From NCBI GenBank assembly GCA_051294375.1, contig CM119266.1, positions 16,362,087 to 16,426,086 of the forward strand: a stretch of DNA of 64,000 nt, read 5' to 3'. The position numbers and the translations under genes were made by a program. Shown here piece after piece: positions 34,301 to 46,800 of this stretch (the stretch's first letter is position 1; each line of letters begins with the position of its first letter). Below the pieces are notes generated by a model. That model was not told the origin of the DNA and ran no database searches. It worked only from the letters and a program-made list of their open reading frames with translations. This stretch comes from Paraspadella gotoi (Eukaryota; Animalia; Chaetognatha).

Positions 34301-37300
34301 TGTACCTGATGCTACTAAAAAATTATAAATTTTTTTTAAAAAATTAGCCTTTTTTGGCCCCCCAGGGCTCCAGCCCCAGGGCCCTGCATCTCTTGTCATG
34401 GGTTGAATATCAAAATTCGCTTCGATAGTTCCATTTATATTGTCATTAGAACTCTAAATGTAAAATTTCATGAAATTCGATCGGGTAGTTTGGTGGGAAC
34501 AGATTCTGGTCACAAAAAATGTGTACCTAATTTTATAGTATGAAGCCTTTTGTATTTGTTACAATCTCTATTTTCAGTTGCGCTTCGAGTGCTCGCGCAG
34601 AAACTCTTAAATCACTTTGCTGTCTTTCGGATGGTTGGTATGCTGGTCTGTCCCATTTACGTTTTAAAAGCTTATAACTCGGGTGATACTGCATTAATTC
34701 ACTTAATACTTGGTAGAAAGGTGAGATGTATGAAGTGTTTCATGTGGAAAAAGAGAAAGAGAGAGTGCTGACATTCAAAATTAAGCCTTTGGATTATATA
34801 TTGTATTATATTTTTTTTTTCTCTCTCTCTCTTCTTTTCATCTCTCTCTCTCTTCTTTCATCTCTCTCTCTCTTCTTTCATCTCTCTCTTCTTTCATCTC
34901 TCTCTCTCTCTTTTCTTTCATCTCTCTCTCTCTCTTCTTTTTTCATCTTTCTCTTCTTTATTTTCTCTCTTTATTTTCTTTCTTTTTTTTTCTCTTTTTT
35001 TTCTCTTTTTTTTTCTCTCTTTTTTCTCTTTCTCTTTTCTTTCTTTTCTCTTTTTCTTTTCTTTCTCTTCTCTTCTCTTTTTTTCTTTTCTCTCTTTTTT
35101 CTTTTTTCTTTTTCCTTTTTTTCTTTTTTTTTTTCTTTTCTCTTTTTTTTCTCTTTTTTTTCTTTTCTCTTTTTTTTTTCTTTTCTCTTTTTTTCTTTTC
35201 TCTCTTTTTCTTTTCTCTCTTTTTTTTTTCTTTTCTTCTTCTTTTCTTTTCTCTCTTTTTTCTTTTCTCTCTTTTTTTTCTTTTCTCTCTTTTTTCTTTT
35301 CTCTCTTTTTTCTTTCTCTCTTTTTCTTTTCTCTCTTTTTTCTTTTTCTCTCTTTTTTCTTTTCTCTCTTTTTTTTCTTTTCTCTCTTTTTTCTTTCTCT
35401 CTTTTTCTTTTCTCTTTTTTTCTTTTCTCTCTTTTTCTTTCTCTCTTTTTTCTTTTCTCTCTTTTTCTTTTTCTCTCTTTTTTCTTTTTCTCTCTTTTTT
35501 CTTTTCTCTCTTTTTTCTTTTCTCTCTTTTTTCTTTTCTTTCTTTTTTTTTTTTCTTTTCTCTCTTTTTTTCTTTCTCTCTTTCTTTTCTCTCTTTCTTT
35601 TCTCTCTTTTTCTTTTCTCTCTTTTTTCTTTTCTCTCTTTTTTTCTTCTCTTCTTCTTTCTCTTTTTTCTTTTCTTCTCTTTTTTTTTTCTTTTCTCTCT
35701 TTTTTTCTTTCTCTCTTTTTCTTTTCTCTCTTTTTTCTTTTTCTCTCTTTTTTCTTTTTCTCTCTTTTTCTTTTCTCTCTTTTTTCTTTTCTCTCTTTTT
35801 TTTTTCTCTCTTTTTCTTTTCTCTCTTTTTTTTTTTTTTTCTTTCTCTCTTTTTTCTTTTTCTCTCTTTTTTCTTTTCTCTCTTTTTTCTTTCTCTTTTT
35901 TTCTTTTCTCTTTTTTCTTTTCTCTCTTCTTTTTCTTTTCTCTCTTTTTTCTTTTCTCTCTTTCTTTCTTTTTTTTCTCTCTTTTTTTTTTTCTCTCTTT
36001 TTTCTTTTCTCTCTTTTTTTTTTTCTTTTTTTCTTTTCTCTCTTTTTTCTTTTCTTTCTTTTCTCTTTTTTCTTTTCTCTTTTTTTCTTTCTCTCTTTTT
36101 TCTTTTCTTCTCTCTTTTTCTTTCTCTCTTTTTCTTTTCTCTCTTTTTTCTTTTCTCTCTTTTTTTTTTCTTTTCTCTCTTTTTCTTTTTTTTTCTTTTC
36201 TTCTCTTTTTTCTTTTTCTCTCTTTTTTTTTCTCTTTTTTTCTTTTTTTCTTTTCTCTCTTTTTTTTCTTTTCTCTCTTTTTTCTTTTCTCTCTTTCTTT
36301 TTCTTTTCTCTTTTTTTTTCTCTCTTCTTTCTTTTCTCTCTTCTTTCTTTTCTCTCTTCTTTCTTTTCTCTCTTTTCTTTCTCTCTTTTTTCTTTTCTCT
36401 CTTCTTTCTTTTCTCTCTCCCTCTTATTTCATCTCTCTCTCTCCTGTCTCTTTCTCTCACACTCTCTCCTTCATTTATTTTATTTTAATGTTTTCTATGG
36501 TCAGTCTCTGATAAATCCCGGTCATGAACATATATATAATATATATAGATTGATTACTTGATCGATTGCTTGATTGATCGGTTGGTAGATTCATTCATAA
36601 TCTATTGATAATTTTTTCATAGTTTAATTATTTAACAAATCTGTTTCGATTACATATTGATGGATATTTTTCTTTCTTTACGAAGTGAAGGTTTTTTGTT
36701 TGTTTTTTTTTATCTCGCCAGACGGGCAAATGTTCGACTTGGGCGGGTTGTTAATTCGTTTTTCGCTTCTTTTGACCGTAGTCGTTGTCTTCGTCGTCGT
36801 CGTCACGCTGTTTTAACATTAAAAATAGCTCGAGTGTGTAACCATAGGAAGCTAAAAATTTAGATATAGCTTCTAATCAGTAATATCTTTTAGATTCACA
36901 TTCCCCCACTCGTTTGTTTGTTTTATTTACGAAACAATTTTTATATTTATAAACAGTTCAGCTGTCCAGCTCTTTATCTTTCTCGCATCAATCATTTGGT
37001 TATCATCGTATTAATCATTTGGTTATCATCGTATAAATCATTTGGTTCTCATCGCATCAATAATCAATTATTATTACATCAATCAATTAATTACTATTAT
37101 ATCAATAAATCAATTACTATTAGATCAATCAACAATTACTATTACATCAATCAACAATTACTATTATATCAATCAATTATTATTACATTAATAATTAATT
37201 ATCGCATCAATCATTCATGTTATTTTTTTCAGATTTTTTCATTAATTTTTTTTGATAGTAACATTTGTCGAGATCACTATACTTTAAGATTATTTTTTTG

Positions 37301-40300
37301 TCATTTTTTTGGCAGTTATGAAGGTTTTGTTTGTAATGGTTATTATGGTTTTTGTAATTGTGGTTGTTGTGATCGTTCTAAAGTTCTAATTAGGTGTAAA
37401 AAAAAAAATTAAAATTTGGTAAAAATGCTTAAAATTAAATGTTAACCGGTCATATACATTTTGTACAATTAGGCTTTGTGACTGTGTGTCCCTTTGCCAT
37501 TTTCAAGTTTAAAAAATTAATTATCTTTTTCTTTTCTTTTCTTTTCTTTATACTTTCTTACAAGTTAATTCAGAACTGTTTTAAAGGTCATTTTTTGTGG
37601 TGGTGTTACCGATCTCAGCCGTTTCCAAATCCAAAGAACCATACAAATTTTAAATTAAATTCAGATTTAAATAAAAGAAAGGAGGTGAAGGAAGGCAACC
37701 GAATTAGGGGAGAAAAATTCTAAAAATAACAGGAGGAAATTTATCGTACTTGAATTCATGAATTTAGAGATTCAAAAATAAAAAATATCAATTTTCATAT
37801 CCGTTAATTTTAAAAAATTAATATTAAAATTAATTAATTAGTATTACTTATTAATTAATATTAATTATCAATATTATCAATCAATTCGAGATTATCCTTT
37901 CGTTTCAGTGTGTGAAATCAGTCAATTAGAATTATTTTTCATCGATGATTAACCGTTAACTTTTAAGCGGTTAAAAGGCCTACTTCTAATGGTTGTGGTC
38001 ATTATCGTGGTTGTTTGTCTGTTGTCTCAGTTATTTCAGTTATGGTCGTTCTGGTGGTTTTGGTGATTGTCGTTTTTAATATAATGGTTTTGATTATTAT
38101 TGTTATGATAGTTGTTGTGGTTCGTGGTTATGAGTATTGTTGTTTTGATTATAAATGTTAGTATGGTTTTAATTTGTGGTTGTTATCGTTGTTATGGCTT
38201 AATAGTAATTGTTATTTATTTGTTTGTGGATGTAGTTCTGGTTGTTGATGATTTAGTATTTATTGTTGTTGCAGCGTTTTTTATACATTTTATATGAAAC
38301 AGGATAAAATGAAAAATTTCATTTTAAAAAATATCTCGTGTTTTTCCTTTTAAAATCACTTCCACTTGCCCGATTCCGTCAAAATTTTATTTCGAATTAC
38401 TAGAAATATGGTAACAAATCCTTTTTTTTTTTTTGGCTACACCCGTAGATGGTTTCTGCTTTAGTTGTAACTTTTATTTTTACTATAAACAATGCGTATT
38501 TTCCGTATTTTTCCCCGCGTTTTTTTTTTTTTCGATCTAATTTTCTGCGAGTTGAACGATTCTTTTTTTAAACGAAATTTTCGATTATTTTCGTCGTAAT
38601 TTGGGAATTCTTAAACAAAAAAAACTCATATCACTTGATCGTTTTGATTCTATTTATGGTTATGCCTTATTGATATTAAGCTTTTTTTAATTGTTAAATC
38701 AGTAATTACTAGTTCGTTCTTTTCTTCTATGATCATTTTTATCAATCTCCTCGTCTGAGTGGGTAACATTATTTTCCAGTTTTTTAAATGGTGTAGTAAT
38801 TTTCCTATGACATTCTCGATGGTCCTTGACTTAATCCCCAAGTTACTATTTGTTTATTCCTCACGGATTCTTAAGGTGCATTAGAGGAGCATTATGTTTG
38901 AATCATTCCAGCCATAAACGCTAGGAAAAAGTTTTCGTTAAGGCAAGGGTGCTGGCAATTTATAATAATCGGATCTTTTTAACCCTTTTCCTTTGCTGTA
39001 GGTTTTCAGTCGTTGTTTTTATTACAAAATTCAATTCGTCCTCTTCATTCACTATCAATTTTGTTTTAGCTGACTTTTTCTTTCTATTCACTTTACTATA
39101 TCTCCATATTTATAATCAACTACTAAAATATTTTACTCTATCGGGCAACTGAGTCATTTTAGATAATACTTAGCCGGAATCATTAAATGATCATTGTGCT
39201 CATGTTTCATACTAAACTCATGTAGTCATGTGACAACATAGAAATGCGATCATGTAAAGAGAAAACCAATGCTACTTATTTTATGTAACGGTTGGTTATT
39301 TTAGTTAATATTAGTAATATTATAATATTGTATTATTTTTTCTCTCTTTTCGTTGCTAAGTGAATATTAGGAAATGTTTATTAATGTGCCAATACAACGA
39401 TTTTATTATTAATAGTACATGTTTCGACTCTGCTGGTTCGAGTCCTCATCAGCAGAGTCAAAACATGTACTATTAATAATAAAATCGTTGTATTGGAACA
39501 TCAATAAACATTTCCTAATATAATATATTATAATATAATAATATTATAATTATGGCACAACAGCCGGTGCTTGGCCCATGTGGGATATGCTACTGTTGGC
39601 TTTGGGGCTTCGGACCTCAGTGACGCCTCCAGTCACTGGCGCGTTACCCTAGGACGGTCTCGCTTTGCCAACGCAGAAGGAAGTCGTTAGGACTAGGATG
39701 GACACTACGCCTGGGATGGTGTGTTCCCCCTCTGAGCCAATGGATTTGGCTGACGGATGGTGGACGTGAGGCGGTGTAAATATACCGCCACAGGATCCCC
39801 GGGCCAAGACATCACTCAGGTTCCTCAAGCCTGAGAGGTGTCTGACAAGACTTACCATAGTGGGAGAGAGAGAGAGCGCGAGTTGTGGGGCATAGGCGTT
39901 TGTCGTAGCCTACCCCAGGGCATAGGCGTTTGTCGTAGCGTACCCGAAGTCGGCAGGGCATAGCGTTTGTCGAGCGTACCCTGAGAAGGTTGCGTGTTCG
40001 ATAGTAGGGCTCACCACTATGGCAACAGCCGGGTTGCCTGTGATGCCCATTGGGATGGGGCATCTCACTGTTGGTTTGGGGGGTTCCGACCCTCAGTGAC
40101 GCCTCCAGTCACTGGCGCGGTTACCCTAGAGGACGGTCTCGGTTTGCCAACGCAGAAGGAGTCTTAGACTATGGATGGAACACTACGCCTGGGATGGTGT
40201 GTTCCCCTAGGGTGTGCCAAAAATTTCAAAATCATAATAGCTCAATTTACATCCGGCACAATATGTGGGGGCATAAAGAAGTATGTTTGCCCAAATCTCA

Positions 40301-43300
40301 TCGAATTTGCTTCAACACCCTTAGCACTACCCTCGCTTAAAGGATTTTTGGCACACCTTTGACTAAAAAATTAATTGTTTAAAAAATATGACTTGTTTAT
40401 CCGTCCACTCAACTTTATTAGCTGAGGAAATCATCAAAGATTATTTCACATCAATTTGAAGTGCTCTTCTCATCCACAGCCTTCACAACTGGCTCCACAG
40501 CATGCTGGAGGATGTGGAGTTGATAACATCATTGCTTATAATTCCTAACCATTCAGGGTAGAATCTTTTACTTTGACATAGTTTCACAACTAATATGTTC
40601 CTTTATATAAATCAACAACATTTGATTTTATTTAGTGGTGTGGTTACATCCTGGAGGATACTTTCTGTACCTTTTTTTATTTTTCATAAAATTGCTATTT
40701 TAAATTACATTTTTAGATTATTTATATTACAGGCTGATGTAAGATGATAAATGGGTCAGATCTAAAAAAATTGCATGAATTAAGCCTAGGTTTCAAGAGA
40801 GCCTCTCTTGAAGGATTGGGAGCACACTCAACACCCCCTTTAATGAGTAAAGATACCTTATTTTTTTAAAATATTAAATGCTTGTTTGGTTAAAATTTTA
40901 TGACCAAAATTTATACTTCAAGTTTTGATACACCTAATACCATTAAAAACTAGAGAAGATTTTAAATACTGCATTATGCAAAATGGATTTTGGTATCTTA
41001 TTTGCTTCACTAGAGAATCGTTGGAGAACAATAACAAAAGGGGGACAAATGTACGAATGTATTTGAAAAAATCTTATTTAAATTAACCGGAAGATCTTAT
41101 AACTCCGACAATGACGACAACAACGACAACAGAGGATTTACTGAATTTTGGTGAAAGGAATCTTTGTGACTAAGGTCATGTAAATGACTGAGGTCAATTC
41201 AAGTCATCTGAGTAAAATAATTATTAAACGCATAACTTATCAAAGAATAATTTTAATTTAAGACATTTTTAGCACAATATATATATAAATATTTATAATA
41301 ACATTAAATGAATTAATATGATTAGTTCAAATAAAATTCACAAAGGAAAATAGCAACAGCAACCACAGAGACAATTAATAATTGAACATCTACAAAGTAT
41401 ACAAATTATTGGATATAGTCAAGTAAATAAGAATAAGGCAAAAAAATGGAAAAAGAGGACAACAATAGCAATAATAAAAAAAATATATAACAATACAACA
41501 ATTTGTATTAAATTATTAGAATTTAAAGTTGTTAAGTTTCAAGGGAAATAATATTGTGTGAAACTGTGAATGCTTTCTTTCTTTGAGTTGTTAATTAGTT
41601 TGAGAGAAGACATTTTGTTTTGTGTTAAAAAACAACGATTTTTAAAATAGAAACAAATAATGTACATGTTGAGACTTATTCAGCGCGAATTAAATGATTT
41701 TCAAAATTTGTTTTTAATGTGGAAAAGAGAGGGAAGGAGAGAGAGAGGGGGGGGGTTTCTAACAAAGAATTTGAAAAACGACAGTGATTGTTATTATAGT
41801 TTTGTCATGTTTGTTTCTGTTTGTTACTAAAAATTATTTATAATGTTTTTTCATGAAAGTATTGAAGATGCTGAATACAGTCCGACTTTTCGTCTTCTCC
41901 TTCCGGATCTGCTTACAGCAGATTTCGGCTCTATAATTCAGTTTGTCGGTCCGTCGGTCCGCCCCCCCAATCTTGTCGGGCATTCACTTATATCATGTCA
42001 GAACATCGAATTATGATAAATTATGAGTAGCCATTGTATTATTCCTTTCTTTTCGTTGAGTTTAGAGATTTAGAAAAAAAGTTTGAAATTTTTGTTTCAT
42101 CAATTAAATTCGTTGATGAAACAAAAATTTCAAACTTTTTTTTCTAGATAAATTATGAAAAAAAATTAATGTCCGTCCGTCTGTCTGTCCATCTGTCTGT
42201 CCGTCTGTCCATCCATCCCACCTTAGCAACAAAAAAAAACCAATTCCTCGTGATTTGATGGATGGAGTGGATTGAAATTTTGTGTGTGGGTAGGAAAGTG
42301 TGTGATTAAGCTGGAAATCAGGTTTCGATGGAATCGTCCAAGTGGAAATGAGTTAAAATGGAAAAAACGAAAAAATATATTTCACTATTTGAACGCCAAT
42401 TACTCAAGAGTGAATGTGGTGATTGACTTCAAATTTTGGGCGAAATGCTCTTCGATGCCCCCTTGCCGTATGACGGAGCAGCGAATCTCTCTCGCTCGCT
42501 CTCTCTCTCTTTGGCTGATTGACTCAGAGTCAGGATCTGGATCAACAAAAACGACAACGAAAATTTGAACGATGGATTAATTGTTTAGGGTTTCGGTTAG
42601 GGATAAGGTTAGTTTAGGTGATAGATATTAGGGATTAGGATTGGGATTAGGGTTAGGGATTAGGGTTGGGATTAGGGTTAGGGATTAGGGTAGTTTTTTC
42701 CTACGCTACTTTTGCAACAATAAAATTCTGGCTTGCTGGGTGAAAGAAAGAGAGAAAGAATTAAGCCTCCGTCAGGATCGGGATAGACAGAAACAACGAA
42801 GATAATTTGAACGATGGAGGAAGCAGTTGCGACGGTGAGAGTGACGACTAAAGGAGTGACGCATAAAACAACGATGGAAGTAGCAAAAGATCTGATTTTT
42901 GTGCGTGTGTCCGAGTCCGCTGCTTCAGGCGTACCAAATTTGGTCACAAGTTATGTGGGTAGGAAAGTGTGTGTTTGAGCAGGAAATAAAGTTTCGATGG
43001 AATCGTCCAAGTAAAAATGGAAAAAAAAATCAATCTATTTCACTATTTGATTATGCTTTTTTTATATTGAATTTAAATTAAAGCTGCATTTAATAAGTGA
43101 GTAATAAATAAATAAGTAATTAATTAATTATTAATTATTTGTAATTATTAATTAATTAATTTTGTGATCGAGATTGTTGTTTTGTGATTGAGAGGCGAGA
43201 CAAAGTGAAAAACGATTTTGACACGAATTAAAAAAAATATTATTAATTATCTAATGAATGTGGGCATTGTTTGCTCAAACTTATTTCTAATAATTGAGCT

Positions 43301-43800
43301 GGCTCTAATATTATCATTTACAATAGATTTTACATCGGAGCTCCGTGATCTCACTCCTGTTTTTGTCTTTTCTCCCCTTTTTTCTCTCTGTCTTCTTTTC
43401 ATTCTATCTGTCTGTCTTCTTTTTCTTCTTTCTGTCTGTCTTGTTTTCCTTCTTTTTGTCTATCTTGCTTTCCTTCTTTCTGTCTGTCTTGTTTTTCTTC
43501 TTTCGTTTTTTCTCTTTTTCTCTTTTTTTCATTTTATTTTTCTCTCTTTCTCGTTTTCTTTTTCTCTCTTTCTTTCTCGTTTTCTTTTTCTCTCTTTCTT
43601 TCTCGTTTTCTTTTTCTCTCTTTCTTTCTCGTTTTCTTTTTCTCTCTTTCTTTCTCGTTTTCTTTTTCTCTCTTTCTTTCTCGTTTTCTTTTTCTCTCTT
43701 TCTTTTCCGTTTTCTTTTTTTTTCTTTTTTACTCGTTTTCTTTTTCTCTCTTTTTTACTCATTTTCTTTTTCTTTCTTTTTTTCTCATTTTCTTTTTCTC

Positions 43801-43843
<43 letters not shown>

Positions 43844-46800
43844 GTCAGTCATTCTCCCTTTATAAAAGCTTATATCATTCTTTCTTACATTTACTTAGCA
43901 CTGTTAATTTAGCACTGGTTAATTAAATAAGATTTCTTCAAATACATTCGTACATTTGTCCCCCTTTTGTTATTGTTCTCCAACGATTCTCTAGTGAAGC
44001 AAATGAGATACCAAAATCCATTTTGCATAATGCAGTATTCAAAATCTTCTCTAGTTTTTGATGGTATTAAGTGTATTAAAACTTGAAGCATAATTTTTGG
44101 TCATAACATTTTAACCAAACAAGCATTTTATATTTAAAAAAATAAGGTATCTTTACTCAGTTAAAGGGGGTGTTGAGTGTGCTCCCAGATCCTTCAAGAG
44201 AGGCTCTCTTGAAACCTAGGCTTAAATCATGCAATTTTTTTAGATCTGACCAATTTTTGTATCATCTTACATCAGCCTGTAATGTAAATTATCCAAAAAT
44301 GTAATTTAAAATAGCAATTTTAGGAAAAATAAAAAAAATAACAGAAAGTATCCTCCAGGATGTGACCACACCACTAAATAAAATCAAATGTTGTTGAGTT
44401 ATATAAAGGAACATATTAGTTGTAAAACTATGTCAAAGTAAAAGATTCTACCCTGAATGGTTAGGAATTATAAGCAATGATGTTATCAACTCCACATCCT
44501 CCAGCATGCTGAGGAGACAGTTGTGAAGGCTGTGGATGAGAAGAGCACTTCAAATTGATGTGAAATAATCTTTGATGATTGCCTCAGCTAATAAAGTTGA
44601 GTGGACGGATAAACAAGTTATATTTTTCAAACAATTAATTTTTTAGTCAAAGGTGTGCCAAAAATCCTTTAAGCGAGGGTAGTGCTAAGGGTGTTGAAGC
44701 AAATTCGATGACATTTGGGCAAACATACTTTTTTATACCCCCACATATTGTGCTGGATGTAAATTGAGCTACTATGATTTTGAAATTTTTGGCACACCCT
44801 AGTGTTCCCCCTCTGAGCCAATGGATTTGGCTGACGGATGGTGGACGTGAGGCGGTGTGAATATACCGCCACATAATATTATATATTATATTATGATATT
44901 AATTTTAGTTAATATTTTAGTTTTAAAAAAATTAATACTTTACAGATAAGTGATGAATCATAAGATGCTTGTGCATGTTTCATACATGTGTAGTGTGTAT
45001 TCAGTCATTATCGAAAATGCGTCCACCAAGTCACCGCAACACCTCACACCGTCAGTCACCTTGAATATGCCAGTTCGTCGTTTTTATTTCTTCCTTATCA
45101 GTCAAAATATTTTCAAATTAATGCATTTTTTTTCCTATTGTTGCATGTTTTATTCAGCCAAAAAAATCCTTTTTCTCGAAGGAATTTTTAATATTTCCTG
45201 GTTCGTTTTTTCGTTGTTAGCCTAAGGCTTTGTCAGGTTTTACAATCGAGTTTCTTTCTGAGTCTGGTTTATAGGCAAGCTGTCTCCTTTATTAATATAC
45301 CTATACGTTTTCGGTGTAACTAAAATTACGATTCTCATTAAGAAGCAGTTTATTTGGAAAAGTAATATTTACTAATGTCGGCTTATTTTCCGAGAATATA
45401 AATTCTCTGTAGTTGATGGGGTTTTCTGCTCGTATTTTTCTATTTCTCTAGAGAAAATTATTTCAAGTTGTTTAAATGAATGTTTACATACGTCGTTACT
45501 TTCCGATATCAATCATTAAATCTTTTATCGACTTTAAAATTTCGTAAACGCCATACTACTACTTCATGAGGTCGACGACCACTCGCTATTTAATTTTCGT
45601 TGGAATGATTAAAAATAGAAAAGATTACTGTCAATCTTCGAATTACGAATGTAAACGTAACCGAACAAAAATACTGATTATGAAAGCTCCTTTCGTTAAT
45701 ATTTTTTCGCTTTTTTTGACCGATCAGGCATTTCTTTATCAACGATGAAGCCGATTACTACAATGACATCAACGCCAGTCAGACATTGCCATCGGAGATT
45801 GTGCAAAAAGAACATGAAGGCGAACTGGATTATGATTGGCAGAATTGGTTACATGAGCAAACAAATAACTGGATTTTCCAGAAGCGCCTCAATGAAAAGC
45901 GCGCTGAAGAAGATGCGCGGATGGGTCAAACAAACGCCGCGGCGGCAATCATGCGCCGACAGATGGAAGAGTACCAGGAACAGATGCAAACCTGGATGGT
46001 GGATATGAATGAGTGGATGAAAACTCAACGGCTATCACCAGAAAAATTGAGAGAAATGAAAGATATGATAAAGCAGCAGATGGAACAAGTAAAACAAGTG
46101 GCTCAGTCAGCTGATTTCATGGCTTCCCATGGACCTGGCGTCCTTCCAATTGAGAAACCTCCGAGAACTACCTCAAATATCAGCAGTGAATATTCTGTTC
46201 AACAATATGCAGCATCTGCATCATCCACCGGTCAAGCTGGGCCTCTCAAACAAAGACCTTTATCTGTCACAGCTTCTGTTGCTCCCGAAGTTCCTCCAGG
46301 ACCTCTTCCATCGGGCTCTCCCAGAGGATTTCCTGCGGGAGTAATGCCTCCATTTGATCCCAAACGTCCGCCTCCGAGCTACCATGCAGGTCACACACCA
46401 CCTATCCACGTACTGCCTCCAGGTTTTCAAACCAATACTCCCCCACCGGGTTATGCTGCCCCCTTAAGCTCTATCAACTCTCCCGCTCCTTCACAAGGCG
46501 TAAACATGCACAGAAGACCGTCTGCAAGATCTGTGGAAGCTCCAGTAGATGGGGTTGGAATCCCACAAAAGTACAAACCTTGCTTTAATTTTCGACGAGG
46601 CAAATGCCATTTGACCGAGGAAGAGTGTCCTTACAGCCACAGCATTGAAAGACGGGATAAACCTTGTATTGCTTTCAATCAAGCAAGTTGCCGGTTTGAC
46701 GCTGATTGCTGTACTTACCAGCATGTTTGTAAGTTATGTGGCGGACCGGAACCACTCCGCAGCTGTGGGTGCCAGGATAGACGCTCGCCCGATAGATTAT

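Larger units (their letters stand above)
39551..44873 (-). mobile_element. Twister LTR retrozyme-like element E4 (complete family B) with a 4-bp TSD; the 5' LTR is split by a 4.6-kb foldback insertion
   Basis: 3' LTR 39551-39792; internal region 39793-40017 with the PBS; 5' LTR 40018-40207 plus 44811-44873. TAAT flanks both ends (39547-39550 and 44874-44877). Confidence 0.82.

Noticed and set aside
34726-36561. 611-aa F/S/L-rich and 500-aa K/R/E-rich ORFs (similarly at 43218-43926 and 59113-60161)
   Set aside because: Artefacts of polypyrimidine low-complexity DNA lacking stop codons; intronic, with no domain content.
42586-42690. TTAGGG-like tract as a true telomere or chromosome fusion site
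   Set aside because: Short, highly degenerate, present several times in the window and embedded in transposon-derived DNA.
44340-44600. Possible transposase remnant within the foldback arms
   Set aside because: Coding-like composition but multiple stops and no recognisable DDE or zinc-finger motif; needs BLASTx.
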